64,000 nucleotides of DNA from an uncultured Sphingorhabdus sp. (GCA_963508315.1 CAUOWK010000001.1:496930-560929), one strand, 5' to 3'. Numbered from the stretch's first letter, positions 47,704-58,111 are shown. Numbers and translations: made by a program. The notes: generated by a model from the sequence alone, not told the origin.

Positions 47704-47794
47704 GTCATTCCCGCGAACGCGGGAATCTATGACCTGATAGGTTAGTAAAAACCAATAAACTTGGCCATGGATCCCCGATCAAGTCGGGGATGAC
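47704..47794. repeat. REP-like palindrome dyad (GTCA-tagged, dRS3-like)
   Basis: GTCATTCCCGCGAACGCGGGAATC (47704-47727) and inverted partner GGATCCCCGATCAAGTCGGGGATGAC (47769-47794) between convergent genes. Confidence 0.8.
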
Positions 47795-47797
47795 GCA

Positions 47798-48766
47798 TCA
47801 GGAGGTCGGTGTAGTTCCTTTCGCCAGATGCGTCGCCAATGGCGCGGACAAGATCAACTGCGCCATGTGGTAAGCCAGCGTCGGCAGCAGCACCATGCCC
47901 GCAATCGCTGGCGGAAATATTGTTGCGGCCAATGGCGCGCCAATGGCAATGCTTTTCTGCCCGCCGGAAAACAACATGGTAATCCGGTCGCCGCGCGGAA
48001 GCTTCATCGCGCCGCCAAGTGCCCAGGAACCCCCAAAACCTGTGGCCAGCATGACGGATAATGCCACGGCCAGCCACGCGAGCTCGTCCCCGCGCACGAT
48101 GCTCCAGATGCCCGCGACAACCGCGCCCGAAAAGGCGACATAGACAGCGATGGCAATCGAAATGCGATCCATCCATGTCGCCGCGCCCTTGTGTCGTTCA
48201 ACGAACGGTTTGCACCAACGCTGCATCATCTGGCCAAGCGCAAACGGCAACAGCAGGATAAGCGCAATGCGAACGACCGCCTCCCCCGAAATATGTGCAT
48301 CGCCGGAATGCGCCAGACCCGCAAACAGCAACGGCGACATCACCACCCCTGCCAAATTCACCAAAGCGGCGGCGACCACTGATGCAGCGACATTGCCTTT
48401 GGCCAGCGCGCTGTAGGCGGCGGCTGACTGGATGGTCGACGGTAATATTCCGGCAAACAGCAAACCAAGCGCCAGCGTCGGCGGCAAAATATTGTCGAAA
48501 ATATGGGATAGCCCAAGCCCGACCATCGGCATTACGCCAAAAACGAACACGAAAATCGCGCCCTGCAAGCGCCAATTACGCACACCATGCAGAACTTCGT
48601 CACGTGGCAAGCGTACGCCGTTCAGGAAAAACAGCACGAAAATCGCCGCTGAAGATATTTGCACGGCCGTTTCTGCCGCGCGGCCACTGACGGGCAATAT
48701 GCTCGCCAGCAATATCGTGGCAAGTAGAAGGAGAATGAAGCGGTCGGCGAAGATACGGGCAAACAT
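47798..48766 (-). CDS. Bile acid:sodium symporter-like (YfeH/SBF-like) transporter
   Basis: FFLNGVRLPR, LPSTIQSAAAY..AKGNVA, GGQKSIAIGAPLA; about 10 TM helices. Confidence 0.88.
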   Translation of the reverse strand: MFARIFADRFILLLLATILLASILPVSGRAAETAVQISSAAIFVLFFLNGVRLPRDEVLHGVRNWRLQGAIFVFVFGVMPMVGLGLSHIFDNILPPTLALGLLFAGILPSTIQSAAAYSALAKGNVAASVVAAALVNLAGVVMSPLLFAGLAHSGDAHISGEAVVRIALILLLPFALGQMMQRWCKPFVERHKGAATWMDRISIAIAVYVAFSGAVVAGIWSIVRGDELAWLAVALSVMLATGFGGSWALGGAMKLPRGDRITMLFSGGQKSIAIGAPLAATIFPPAIAGMVLLPTLAYHMAQLILSAPLATHLAKGTTPTS

Positions 48767-48902
48767 GAGCGCCGCTTTGACCCCTGCGAATGATGAATGC
48801 AACACCAGCAATGTTGCGCCGCAACACTTATTGCGTTAAGGGCGCGCGAGAATCTGGTGGCATGTGGCTACTATGACGACCTTCCAAAAGGCCTTTTTTC
48901 TA

Positions 48903-50738
48903 ATGTCATTGCGTAATATCGCCATCATCGCGCACGTCGATCACGGCAAAACCACTCTTGTTGACCAGCTGTTCCGTCAGTCAGGCACCTTCCGCGACAA
49001 CCAGCGCATCGAAGAGCGCGCTATGGATTCCAACGACCTCGAAAAAGAGCGTGGCATCACGATTCTGGCGAAGTGCACATCGGTCGAATGGGATGACCAT
49101 AAGGGTGAAAAGACCCGCATCAACATCGTCGACACCCCAGGCCACGCCGACTTCGGCGGCGAAGTCGAGCGCATCCTGTCGATGGTCGACGGCGTTATCC
49201 TGCTTGTCGATTCTTCCGAAGGCGCGATGCCACAGACGAAGTTCGTCACCGGCAAGGCGCTTGCACTGGGCCTGAAGCCAATCGTCGTCGTCAACAAGGT
49301 TGACCGTCCTGACGAGCGTATCCAGGAAGTGTTGGACGAAGTGTTCGACCTGTTCGTTTCATTGGATGCGACCGATGAGCAGCTGGATTTCCCTGTTCTC
49401 TATGCGTCGGGCCGTAATGGTTATGCGTCGACTGATCCAAGCGCGCGCGAAGGCACGCTGACCCCGATGTTCGAAACCATCGTCAGCCATGTGCCAGAGC
49501 CAAAGGCCGATGTTGATGGCGAGTTCAAGATGCTGGTCACTTTGCTTGACCGCGACAACTTCCTTGGTCGTATCCTGACTGGCCTTGTGCTGTCGGGCAC
49601 CGTCAAGGTGAACCAGCAGATCCATGCACTGAACCCGGACGGCAAGATCGTCGAAACGGGCCGTGCATCCAAGATCATGTCATTCCGTGGCCTTGAGCGC
49701 GTTCCCGTCGACGAAGCCAAGGCAGGCGACATTATCTCCATCGCGGGCATGACCACCGCGACTGTGGCTGACACGATTGCAGAACCAACGGTAACTGAGC
49801 CATTGCAGGCGCAGCCAATCGATCCGCCAACATTGTCGATGCGCTTTTCCGTGAACGACAGTCCAATGGCTGGCCGCGAAGGCACGAAGGTAACGAGCCG
49901 CATGATCCGCGACCGCCTGATGCGCGAAGCGGAAAGCAACGTTGCCGTCCGTATTACGGAAGCCGAAGACAAGGACAGCTTTGAAGTTGCTGGCCGCGGC
50001 GAACTGCAGCTGGGCGTTCTGATTGAAACAATGCGCCGCGAAGGCTTTGAGCTTGGCATCAGCCGCCCACGCGTGCTGTTCCGCGAAGACGAAAAAGGCC
50101 AGAAGACCGAACCATATGAAACCGTCGTTATCGACGTCGATGACGAATATTCGGGCACCGTCGTTGAAAAAATGGCCCTGCGTAAGGGCGACCTTACCGA
50201 CATGCGTCCATCAGGTGGCGGCAAGACCCGCATTACCTTCAGCGCACCATCGCGCGGCCTGATCGGTTATCATGGCGAATTCCTGTCCGACACGCGCGGC
50301 ACCGGAATCATGAACCGCCTGTTCGAAAAATACGGCCCGCATCGCGGCCATATCGAAGGTCGCAAAAATGGCGTGCTGATTTCCAACGGTGCTGGCGAAG
50401 CGGTTGCTTATGCCCTTGGCCCATTGGAAGAGCGCGGCATCCTGATGGTATCGCCGGGTGAAGCCTTGTATGAAGGCATGATCATTGGCGAAAATGCGAA
50501 GCCGGACGATTTGGAAGTCAATCCGATGAAGTCGAAGCAGCTGACGAACTTCCGTTCGACCGGCAAGGACGACGCCATCCGCCTGACCCCGCCAAAGCGC
50601 CTGACGCTGGAGCAAGCTATTGCGTACATCGATGATGACGAAATGGTTGAGGTAACGCCCAAGAATATCCGCCTGCGCAAGCGTTTGCTTGACCCCAATG
50701 AGCGGAAGAAAGCATCACGGGCCAAACAGGCCGCATAA
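48903..50738 (+). CDS. typA: Translational GTPase TypA/BipA
   Basis: RNIAIIAHVDHGKTTL, ERGITILAK, DTPGHADFGGEVER, NKVD, GRGELQL, EVTPKNIRLRK. Confidence 0.98.
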   Translation: MSLRNIAIIAHVDHGKTTLVDQLFRQSGTFRDNQRIEERAMDSNDLEKERGITILAKCTSVEWDDHKGEKTRINIVDTPGHADFGGEVERILSMVDGVILLVDSSEGAMPQTKFVTGKALALGLKPIVVVNKVDRPDERIQEVLDEVFDLFVSLDATDEQLDFPVLYASGRNGYASTDPSAREGTLTPMFETIVSHVPEPKADVDGEFKMLVTLLDRDNFLGRILTGLVLSGTVKVNQQIHALNPDGKIVETGRASKIMSFRGLERVPVDEAKAGDIISIAGMTTATVADTIAEPTVTEPLQAQPIDPPTLSMRFSVNDSPMAGREGTKVTSRMIRDRLMREAESNVAVRITEAEDKDSFEVAGRGELQLGVLIETMRREGFELGISRPRVLFREDEKGQKTEPYETVVIDVDDEYSGTVVEKMALRKGDLTDMRPSGGGKTRITFSAPSRGLIGYHGEFLSDTRGTGIMNRLFEKYGPHRGHIEGRKNGVLISNGAGEAVAYALGPLEERGILMVSPGEALYEGMIIGENAKPDDLEVNPMKSKQLTNFRSTGKDDAIRLTPPKRLTLEQAIAYIDDDEMVEVTPKNIRLRKRLLDPNERKKASRAKQAA

Positions 50739-50740
50739 AC

Positions 50741-50775
50741 AAAAAAAGGGCGCCGGTTTGGCGCCCTTTTCTTTT
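50741..50775. terminator. Bidirectional terminator
   Basis: A7-GGGCGCC-ggttt-GGCGCCC-TTTT. Confidence 0.8.
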
Positions 50776-50791
50776 AGCGGTATCGTAGTGC

Positions 50792-51628
50792 TTAAAAGCG
50801 GAACGACGCCGTCAGACGGATATTGTGCATATCAAAGTCGCTGTCGCTGCGGCGCATATCTGTGCCACCCGATGCGAGCAAGAACGGGTTGGTTGCAGGC
50901 GCAGTGCCTGGGCCAACTGAAACGACATAATCATCATCGACGAAGTTGGTATAGAGATATTCCAGACCAAGCGAGAAGTTGCGCGCAATCTTCACTTCCG
51001 CGCCACCCCCATAGGAATAGCCCCAGCTGTTGGAATTACCATTGTCCGAAAACGCGTTCACGCCATTTGTGGTGCTGAAGTTGTTCTTGATTTTGCCATA
51101 TGCTGCACCGCCGGTAGCGTAGAATAATGCACCGCGCGCGGCGTAACCCAGACGGGCACGTGCCTGCACCGAATAATCCAGTTCGCGCGTCAGCGTATAT
51201 GCCGCTGGTGTGCTGCTGAATGCGGTTACGCTGTCGCGTGACTCATTCTTGCCGCCTTCCAAGAGAAAGCCATACACGATGTTGCCCGACTGCACGTCGT
51301 AACCGGCACGGACATTATATTCATAGCCGTCCTTGTCGCTGCGGCAGCCATCGGTTGGGGCAGTGCCTGTCCCTGCGCCACCGCAGAAACCGGGTGCAAA
51401 GGCATTCGCGCCGAGCACGGTATTTACGTTGTTATCGAAATTACCATCGCGGTTGGTGTCGAATACAACCGTTTCGTTGCGATCATTGTTTTGCGCGCCA
51501 AGGCCAAAGGAACCGCCAATATAGGCGCCTTCCCATTCTTCGTCTTCCGACTGGGCGTAAGCTGGGGTTGCGAAAGCTGCGAATGACGCAGCGCTAATTA
51601 GTAAAATCCGGGAGATTTTCATTGGCAT
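50792..51628 (-). CDS. Outer-membrane beta-barrel protein (Omp25/31-like)
   Basis: Signal peptide; WEGAYIGGSFG, RARLGY, GGGAEV..LGLEYLY; terminal ASFRF. Confidence 0.88.
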   Translation of the reverse strand: MPMKISRILLISAASFAAFATPAYAQSEDEEWEGAYIGGSFGLGAQNNDRNETVVFDTNRDGNFDNNVNTVLGANAFAPGFCGGAGTGTAPTDGCRSDKDGYEYNVRAGYDVQSGNIVYGFLLEGGKNESRDSVTAFSSTPAAYTLTRELDYSVQARARLGYAARGALFYATGGAAYGKIKNNFSTTNGVNAFSDNGNSNSWGYSYGGGAEVKIARNFSLGLEYLYTNFVDDDYVVSVGPGTAPATNPFLLASGGTDMRRSDSDFDMHNIRLTASFRF

Positions 51629-51746
51629 TTCCTTTGTAGGTCAGTTGTTCACCGACCCTGAAACGCGGAATCACGGATTTTGATGCATCAGGCATAATTT
51701 AAATCGGCCATGTGGTGATGTGGCCACGATGGCTGGCAGTAGCGGT

Positions 51747-52958
51747 TTATAGTGACTCGCCTGCCGCGACCCCGCTCGCCCACGCCCATTGGAAATTATA
51801 TCCGCCCAGCCAGCCGGTCACATCAACCGCCTCGCCTATACAATATAAACCAGTCACCTTGCGGGCTTCCATCGTCTGCTGCGACAAGCCGTCGGTGCTA
51901 ATGCCACCCAGCGTAACCTCGGCCTTCGCATAGCCTTCACTACCATTAGGAACGAACGGCCAGCTATCCAGCAGCGCGCCCGCATCAGCAAGTTTACGGT
52001 CGCTTTGGTCGGCAAGATTCCCGTTCAGCGCGATTTTCTCCGCCAATGCTTCAGCCAGCCGGTTGGGTAATACGCGGTCAAGCGTCGATCGGATTGTCGC
52101 GCGTGGCCGCGCCCGCTTTTCAGAAAGCAGCAATTCTGACGCGTCGAGGTCAGGCAGGAAGTCGATTTCGACACGATCACCCGGTTTCCAGTAACTGCTG
52201 ATTTGCAGGACGGCTGGGCCGCTCAGGCCCCGATGCGTGAACAACGCCGCCTCGCGAAACGTCGCTTTGCCATGCCGCGTCAAGACATCCGCCGATACGC
52301 CCGACAGTTCACGGAAAAGAACATCATCGCCGCCCAGCGTCAGTGGCACCAATGCTGGCCGTGGCTCGACGATTTTCAACCCGAATTGCCGCGCCAGATC
52401 ATAGGCAAAGGCCGTTGCGCCCATTTTTGGAATGCTGGGCCCACCCGTTGCCAGCACCAATGCGGGAGCCTGCGCACGGACGCGGTTATAGGTTACCGAA
52501 TATTCGCTGCCATCATGCCCGACATCGCCCACTGGCGCGTCAAAGACGAAATCGACGCGGCCGCCCGCAGCGACCGATTTGTCGCATTCGTCCATCAGCA
52601 TGGCGACAATCTGCCGCGCGGACCCATCGCAGAAAAGCTGTCCCAAGGTTTTTTCGTGAAACGCAATGCCGTGGGCGCTTACCAAATCGATAAAATCCTG
52701 CGGCGTATAGCGTCCCAGCGCAGATTTTGAAAAATGCGGGTTGGCCGACAGATAGCGTTCCTGCGCATGCGTGGTCGTTGCATTCACATTGGTGAAATTG
52801 CACCGTCCGCCACCGGAAATCAGAATTTTCTTACCCGGACCAGTTGCATGGTCGATGACCAGCACGCGTTTGCCCCGCTGCCCTGCGGTCAGCGCACACA
52901 TCAGCCCCGCGCCGCCAGCACCCAATATAATCGCATCATAACTGTTCGGTTTTGCCAT
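51747..52958 (-). CDS. HI0933/YhiN-family flavoprotein
   Basis: IILGAGGAG, KILISGGGRCNFTN, LFTHRGLSGP, AEVTLGG, GWLGGYNFQWAW. Confidence 0.93.
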   Translation of the reverse strand: MAKPNSYDAIILGAGGAGLMCALTAGQRGKRVLVIDHATGPGKKILISGGGRCNFTNVNATTTHAQERYLSANPHFSKSALGRYTPQDFIDLVSAHGIAFHEKTLGQLFCDGSARQIVAMLMDECDKSVAAGGRVDFVFDAPVGDVGHDGSEYSVTYNRVRAQAPALVLATGGPSIPKMGATAFAYDLARQFGLKIVEPRPALVPLTLGGDDVLFRELSGVSADVLTRHGKATFREAALFTHRGLSGPAVLQISSYWKPGDRVEIDFLPDLDASELLLSEKRARPRATIRSTLDRVLPNRLAEALAEKIALNGNLADQSDRKLADAGALLDSWPFVPNGSEGYAKAEVTLGGISTDGLSQQTMEARKVTGLYCIGEAVDVTGWLGGYNFQWAWASGVAAGESL

Positions 52959-53021
52959 GAAGTCCCCCTGCACTGCCCGCGCCATATTGCCAAGTGCTAT
53001 GCTTTACGGCAAAGGCGCGGG

Positions 53022-53312
53022 ATGACTGACGCACCCCAGACCGCCGGGACCGATACCCCGCCAGACCATCTTTCCATCAACCCGATGAGCCCGCATTTTG
53101 ACGGCGACCTGTTGACGCGCGGCGTCGGCATTCGTTTCAAGGGCGAAGTGCGCACTACTGTCGAGGAATATTGTATTTCCGAAGGCTGGATTAAGGTTCA
53201 GGCCGGCAAGGCACGCGACCGCAAGGGCAACCCTCTTCTCATCAAGCTCAGTGGCCCAGTGGAAGCATGGTTTGAAGATCTCGGCGAAAACGCACCCGTC
53301 GCCAAAGCCTAA
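53022..53312 (+). CDS. DUF3297 family protein
   Basis: PPDHLSINP..GVGIRFKGEVRTTVEEYCISEGWI..DRKGNPL..KLSGPVEAWF. Confidence 0.85.
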   Translation: MTDAPQTAGTDTPPDHLSINPMSPHFDGDLLTRGVGIRFKGEVRTTVEEYCISEGWIKVQAGKARDRKGNPLLIKLSGPVEAWFEDLGENAPVAKA

Positions 53313-53361
53313 TCCTACTTTTCCATACAGGCCCGTGCGTGTCGCGCGCAATTAAGCGGGC

Positions 53362-54501
53362 CTAGCCTTTCGGAAAAATCGAAATCAGCTTGGCCAATTG
53401 ATCGTTCACCGGGTCAAGCTGATCGTCGGGGGTTTTACCCAAACGGACAATTGTCAGCCGATGCTGTGGCGACACCACCACGAACTGCCCCAAATGGCCA
53501 AGGGCCGCAAAGACGTTGCTCGGCGCTTTGCCGGGGAACAGCACTTGGTCGCGCCCTTCGTTGCGCGTCCGGTTTAGCCAGATGTGCCCGCCATAGCTGC
53601 GATCAGTCGGGCTTGGCGTTTTCATGAAGCGCGTCCAGCTGGTCGGCAGCATCTGCGCAGCGCGGACCGAACCGTTGTTGCGCAGAAACTCCCCGAACTT
53701 GGCCCAATCGCGCGCGGTGGCGTGCATCATGCTGCCGCCCAGCATGGTGCCGGAACGGTCAAATTCGGGAAACATGCTGGTCATACCAAGCGGTTCGAAC
53801 AACCGGCCTCGCGCATATTCCAGCATGGCATCGCGGCGCACTTGCGGATCTTTACTTTCGGTCAGCGAGCGCGTCATGATGTCCGCCAATATGTGGCTCG
53901 TCGCGCTGCTATATTCGAACTTTTCGCCGGGGTTGGCTTCCAGCGGGCGGGTCTCGGCATAGCGCGCGACATGATCGCGCCCGTCAAGAAACAGCATGCG
54001 CGGCGTATCGGCGTCAAAAATCTCGATGCCGTCCTCGGCCACTTCGGTGTGGTCCAGTCCCGACGACATATGCAGCAAATGCCGCAGCGTGATTTTGGCG
54101 CGGCCATCGCGCGGTGTCTGCCATTCGGACACAGGCGCTGGCTCATCAAGCGCAAGCCGGCCATCGGCGACCATCAAGCCGACCAGAGTCGCGGTAACGC
54201 TTTTCGCCATTGACCAGCTGATGAGCCGCGTGTCCGGCGTATATCCCGGCGCATAACGTTCGGCGACCACGCGGCCGCCTTGCATAATCACCAACGCACG
54301 CGTTTCGGACAATGCCGGATCCTCGAAGAAGGGGGCCATCGCCTCGGCCAGCTTTTCTTTGCCGACAACGGCATCATCAACAATCACTGTCTGTCCCGGC
54401 GTCGCAGGCGTCTCCGGGGGTTTTGGACCGCATGCGGCCAAAGTTAGTGCGGCGGTCGCGCAAAAAGCGGTTGCGGCGGAGCGAAATTTGTTTCTAGGCA
54501 T
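53362..54501 (-). CDS. Serine hydrolase (class C beta-lactamase-like) lipoprotein
   Basis: Lipobox LAAC; SWSMAKS (SxxK), FEYSS, ATARDWAKFG, GHLGQ; start at MPRNK. Confidence 0.88.
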   Translation of the reverse strand: MPRNKFRSAATAFCATAALTLAACGPKPPETPATPGQTVIVDDAVVGKEKLAEAMAPFFEDPALSETRALVIMQGGRVVAERYAPGYTPDTRLISWSMAKSVTATLVGLMVADGRLALDEPAPVSEWQTPRDGRAKITLRHLLHMSSGLDHTEVAEDGIEIFDADTPRMLFLDGRDHVARYAETRPLEANPGEKFEYSSATSHILADIMTRSLTESKDPQVRRDAMLEYARGRLFEPLGMTSMFPEFDRSGTMLGGSMMHATARDWAKFGEFLRNNGSVRAAQMLPTSWTRFMKTPSPTDRSYGGHIWLNRTRNEGRDQVLFPGKAPSNVFAALGHLGQFVVVSPQHRLTIVRLGKTPDDQLDPVNDQLAKLISIFPKG

Positions 54502-54532
54502 GGCGAGCTTCGATGCACCAGATGGAGGGCCA

Positions 54533-54907
54533 ATGGCAACCGCAACTTCGACACAAAGCGTAAAAGAGACGCAACCGCGTTTCCGCACGCTGAAAATTAC
54601 AGTCGCTGTGGTTGTCGCCATCGCAGCCCTCTGGCTGGTGTGGAACTGGAACAGCATCAAGGGGCAAGCCCGCGTCGGCGCGGCCTATGGTGCCCATATC
54701 ACGTGTTCCTGCCGCTATATCGAAGGCCGCGACATGGCATCGTGCGAGACCGACAAAGAAATCGGCATGGAAATGGTTCGACTTAGCGACGAGCCGGAGA
54801 ACAAACGCATCTATGCGTCCGTGCCGTTTCTCGCCGAGGCAGTTGCCGAGCGTCGCGGTGCGTTTGGCTGCGTTCAATTGACCGAAGCGGAAATCGAGGT
54901 GCTATAA
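54533..54907 (+). CDS. Hypothetical membrane-anchored protein with CSC/GC motifs
   Basis: One TM helix, then AYGAHITCSCRYIEGRD...GAFGC; start at MATATS. Confidence 0.75.
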   Translation: MATATSTQSVKETQPRFRTLKITVAVVVAIAALWLVWNWNSIKGQARVGAAYGAHITCSCRYIEGRDMASCETDKEIGMEMVRLSDEPENKRIYASVPFLAEAVAERRGAFGCVQLTEAEIEVL

Positions 54908-54908
54908 C

Positions 54909-55439
54909 CTACCGCTTGGCAGGTGCCAGCATCAACGTAGCGCAGATAATCTCGATAGCGCCGCCGACCAGTGCGACTGCGAATGGCGGAAATGCCGGCC
55001 ATAGGATCGCGATGCCGCCAACGGCAATTAACAGCGCACCTAGGACCATGAACACCCGCATGCCGTACACCGTCTGGAACACCAGATAACGCCCGCCAAC
55101 GGCGAGCAAGGCAATGGCAAAGAACCAGTCGCCATAGGTGTCGCGCACCAGATATGCGATGACCAGCCCAATGATCAGAAACGCGGTCGATTGCAGCGCC
55201 AACATCTCCATCGGGTTTGGCGAACGTGTTTTGCCGCGCCGGAAAAACTTGCGCGCAAGCAACAATGACAGCGGATGAATTAACATGCCGCCAAAGAACA
55301 AAGTGACCATCCCGGAGAGCAAGCCCGCATAATAGGTCGCCAGACCAGCGATGGCCCACACCAGTCCCGACACTAATATGCCCACGCCGCCATTTACATA
55401 GGCATGGCGCATATCGCGTTGTGCTTCCCCCAAATGCAT
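54909..55439 (-). CDS. Hypothetical integral membrane protein
   Basis: About 6 hydrophobic helices; GGMLIHP and GGRYLVFQTVYG motifs. Confidence 0.75.
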   Translation of the reverse strand: MHLGEAQRDMRHAYVNGGVGILVSGLVWAIAGLATYYAGLLSGMVTLFFGGMLIHPLSLLLARKFFRRGKTRSPNPMEMLALQSTAFLIIGLVIAYLVRDTYGDWFFAIALLAVGGRYLVFQTVYGMRVFMVLGALLIAVGGIAILWPAFPPFAVALVGGAIEIICATLMLAPAKR

Positions 55440-55460
55440 TTTACGTCCCCCCAAACACTT

Positions 55461-56585
55461 TTAAGCAGCAGTAGCGAACTCCACTGCCAACGTCTCTTCT
55501 ATCCATCCACCCCCAAGCACGCGGTCGCCATCATACAGCACCGCTGCTTGCCCCGGGGCAACACCATATTCCGGCTGGTCAAAACGCAGCCAGCCTTTGT
55601 CGAGCCGCGCCGGCACGGGGCGCGACATCGACCGGACCTTGGCCATCACTGGCCGGTCCGAAACGTCCGCCAGCCAATTGGCGTCCTCAATACGCGCAGC
55701 TTCAACCGCCAGCGCCTCACGCGGGCCGACAATGACGCGCTGAGTCGATGGTTCAAGCCGGATGACATATAATGGCACTGGCTGCCCGCCGATCTCGAGT
55801 CCCTTACGCTGGCCAACAGTGTAATGGATCATGCCCTTATGCTGGCCAAGCGTACGACCATCCAGATGCACGATATCGCCGCCGACTTCGGCGTCAGGGC
55901 GCACCTTGCGCACAACCGAGGCATAGTCACCGTCGGGCACGAAGCAAATGTCCTGACTGTCCGGCTTCATGGCGACGCCAAGCCCAAGGTCGCGGGCAAT
56001 CGCCCTGACCTGCGGCTTGGGCATGCCGCCCAAGGGAAAGCGCAAATAATCGAGCTGATCCTGCGTCGTGGCGAACAGAAAATAGCTTTGGTCGCGCGCC
56101 GGATCAGCCGCACGGTGCAACTCTGCACCTGACGGTCCCTCCACGCGGCGCACATAATGGCCAGTCGCCAGACAATCGGCACCAAGCTCACGCGCAAGCC
56201 GGAACAGATCGGTGAACTTCACGCCCATATTACAGCGGACACAGGGAATAGGCGTGCGCCCGGCCATATATTCGTCAGCGAAATGGTCGATAACCGATTC
56301 CCGAAACCGGCTTTCATGATCGAACACATAATGGGCAATGCCCAATTTGTCTGCGACCGCGCGGGCGTCGCGAATGTCTTGCCCGGCGCAACACGCACCG
56401 GCGCGCTTCACTGCGCTGCCATGGTCATATAGCTGCAGCGTTACGCCAATGGTTTCGGCACCCGTCCGCGCCGCCAGCGCAGCAACGACCGAAGAATCGA
56501 CGCCGCCCGACATGGCAACAACGATTCGTTTGCCGGAAAGATCAGCGCCGAGCTGGAAATCACTATGATATAAATCGTCAGTCAT
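55461..56585 (-). CDS. mnmA: tRNA 2-thiouridine(34) synthase MnmA
   Basis: [52 protein letters not shown]. Confidence 0.98.
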   Translation of the reverse strand: MTDDLYHSDFQLGADLSGKRIVVAMSGGVDSSVVAALAARTGAETIGVTLQLYDHGSAVKRAGACCAGQDIRDARAVADKLGIAHYVFDHESRFRESVIDHFADEYMAGRTPIPCVRCNMGVKFTDLFRLARELGADCLATGHYVRRVEGPSGAELHRAADPARDQSYFLFATTQDQLDYLRFPLGGMPKPQVRAIARDLGLGVAMKPDSQDICFVPDGDYASVVRKVRPDAEVGGDIVHLDGRTLGQHKGMIHYTVGQRKGLEIGGQPVPLYVIRLEPSTQRVIVGPREALAVEAARIEDANWLADVSDRPVMAKVRSMSRPVPARLDKGWLRFDQPEYGVAPGQAAVLYDGDRVLGGGWIEETLAVEFATAA

Positions 56586-56752
56586 GCAGCCGCGGCTTTA
56601 TAAGCTTCGCGTTATAATTGCCAGTTTTCCGTAGCCCCTTCCCCCTTTGGTACAAAAGCCCCCCGAAATTGATAACGGCCGTTAAGGTCTGCTAACATCA
56701 TTTGAACCTCGCCTTTACCTCATGTTAGAATTTCCGGTGCTATCTGCGGGGC

Positions 56753-57124
56753 ATGGAAATGAACTTTCCCCATTTTGCGCCACGCCAGGAACCCGACCCC
56801 GGTCAGGCAGAACTGAAGGCTGTGCTGGATGCTGTCCGCGTGCGGCAAGCCAACAGCAACACCGCGCGCGCATTGCGTCGGGCGGAGCAAGCTATTGACG
56901 GAAATGGCGGAAATCTTGCCGCGCGAATCCAGTATTTTGCGCTGGAACCAGACGCACGCGATCACATTCGCGGTTCATTCTGGCAACAGCCGCAGACAGA
57001 AAAAATCAATGAAGAGTCTGTTTACCAAGACGCTTTAGCCAATGTCAAAGACCCGAGCCTATCCACAGACGGAACAGGACCAGAGTTAAACCCAGCGGGG
57101 CACGGAGCACTACCAACATCATGA
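56753..57124 (+). CDS. Possible hypothetical protein overlapping the sciP start (ATGA)
   Basis: 123-codon frame whose stop overlaps the sciP ATG; no recognised motif; may instead be a long leader. Confidence 0.35.
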   Translation: MEMNFPHFAPRQEPDPGQAELKAVLDAVRVRQANSNTARALRRAEQAIDGNGGNLAARIQYFALEPDARDHIRGSFWQQPQTEKINEESVYQDALANVKDPSLSTDGTGPELNPAGHGALPTS

Positions 57125-57420
57125 TAGAGAATCAGAAATTCCGTCCAGCTCAGGTTATCGGTCCCTTGGGGGAACCGCTGACGCTAGACAGCCTGCCGCC
57201 TCCGGGCACCACACGCTGGGTTGTGCGCCGTAAAGCCGAAGTCGTCGCAGCCGTTAATGGCGGTCTGCTATCGATTAACGACGTGTGCGAACGCTATGAC
57301 CTGACGCTTGAAGAATTTGCATCATGGCAGCGCGCGGTTGATCGGTCGGGTATGCCGGGCTTGCGCGTGACGCGAATCCAGCATTATCGCGATTTGTACG
57401 AGCGTCAGCAAAAATACTGA
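57121..57420 (+). CDS. sciP: CtrA inhibitor SciP (DUF1153)
   Basis: VIGPLGEPLTLDSLPPPGTTRWVVRRKAEVVAAVNGGLLS..GLRVTRIQHYR; mnmA synteny. Confidence 0.92.
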   Translation: MIENQKFRPAQVIGPLGEPLTLDSLPPPGTTRWVVRRKAEVVAAVNGGLLSINDVCERYDLTLEEFASWQRAVDRSGMPGLRVTRIQHYRDLYERQQKY

Positions 57421-57446
57421 CGCAGCCAACCCGCATCGAATGAATG

Positions 57447-57470
57447 ACCCCGCCTTGCGCGGGGTTTTTC
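57447..57470 (+). terminator. Terminator after sciP
   Basis: ACCCCGC-cttgc-GCGGGGT-TTTT. Confidence 0.7.
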
Positions 57471-57594
57471 ATGTCCCGCCAATGTTGCAGGTATAAATGT
57501 TACAAATGCCAAGCCATCATCGCTGGCAATTTATCCTCTGCAGATTATCATTTCAGCCGTCCGGCTAGACCGGACTGCCAAAGGAGGAATCATC

Positions 57595-57858
57595 ATGGGA
57601 TGGATTATCGCTATTATCGTGGGCGGCATCGCCGGCTGGCTTGCTAGCAAGGTTATGAATCGCGACGCGTCAATGGGCGTCATTGCCAATGTTGCCGCCG
57701 GATGTGTCGGTTCAGTCGTCGGCAACTTGATCGCAAACCAGTTTGGTATCGTGGGCAGCGTGCAGGAATTCTCACTCACTGGCCTTGTTGTGGCTTTTGT
57801 CGGTGCTGTCGTCGTTTTGGCCGTACTGAACCTTATTCAGCGCGGTAAAGTACGCTAA
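57595..57858 (+). CDS. GlsB/YeaQ/YmgE (transglycosylase-associated) membrane protein
   Basis: MGWIIAIIVGGIAGWLASKVM..GCVGSVVG..AFVGAVVVL; RBS GGAGG; terminator at 57884-57912. Confidence 0.9.
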   Translation: MGWIIAIIVGGIAGWLASKVMNRDASMGVIANVAAGCVGSVVGNLIANQFGIVGSVQEFSLTGLVVAFVGAVVVLAVLNLIQRGKVR

Positions 57859-58111
57859 ACATTCAAATTACCGAACAACATGACCACGCGGGTTCGCGCC
57901 CGCGTGGCTTTTTATGTCGTTTGTCGAATCGTGATAGGCTTCAGTCTGTATTGTTGCGCACACCCTTTTCCGATACTCTAGACATTGGACTAGCGTTTAT
58001 CCCGCCGAACTTCTGCGACTTGCGGACGGTGACTTATTAGGATAATACAGCAACATTATCGCAACTTCGGGCCCGTCATCGCGCCCCAAAGACTGAATTT
58101 GGAACACCGGT

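Noticed and set aside
56670-56710. Canonical CtrA box
   Set aside because: TTAA half-sites are spaced by 6 bp, or carry two mismatches at 7 bp; not supported as a full TTAA-N7-TTAA site.
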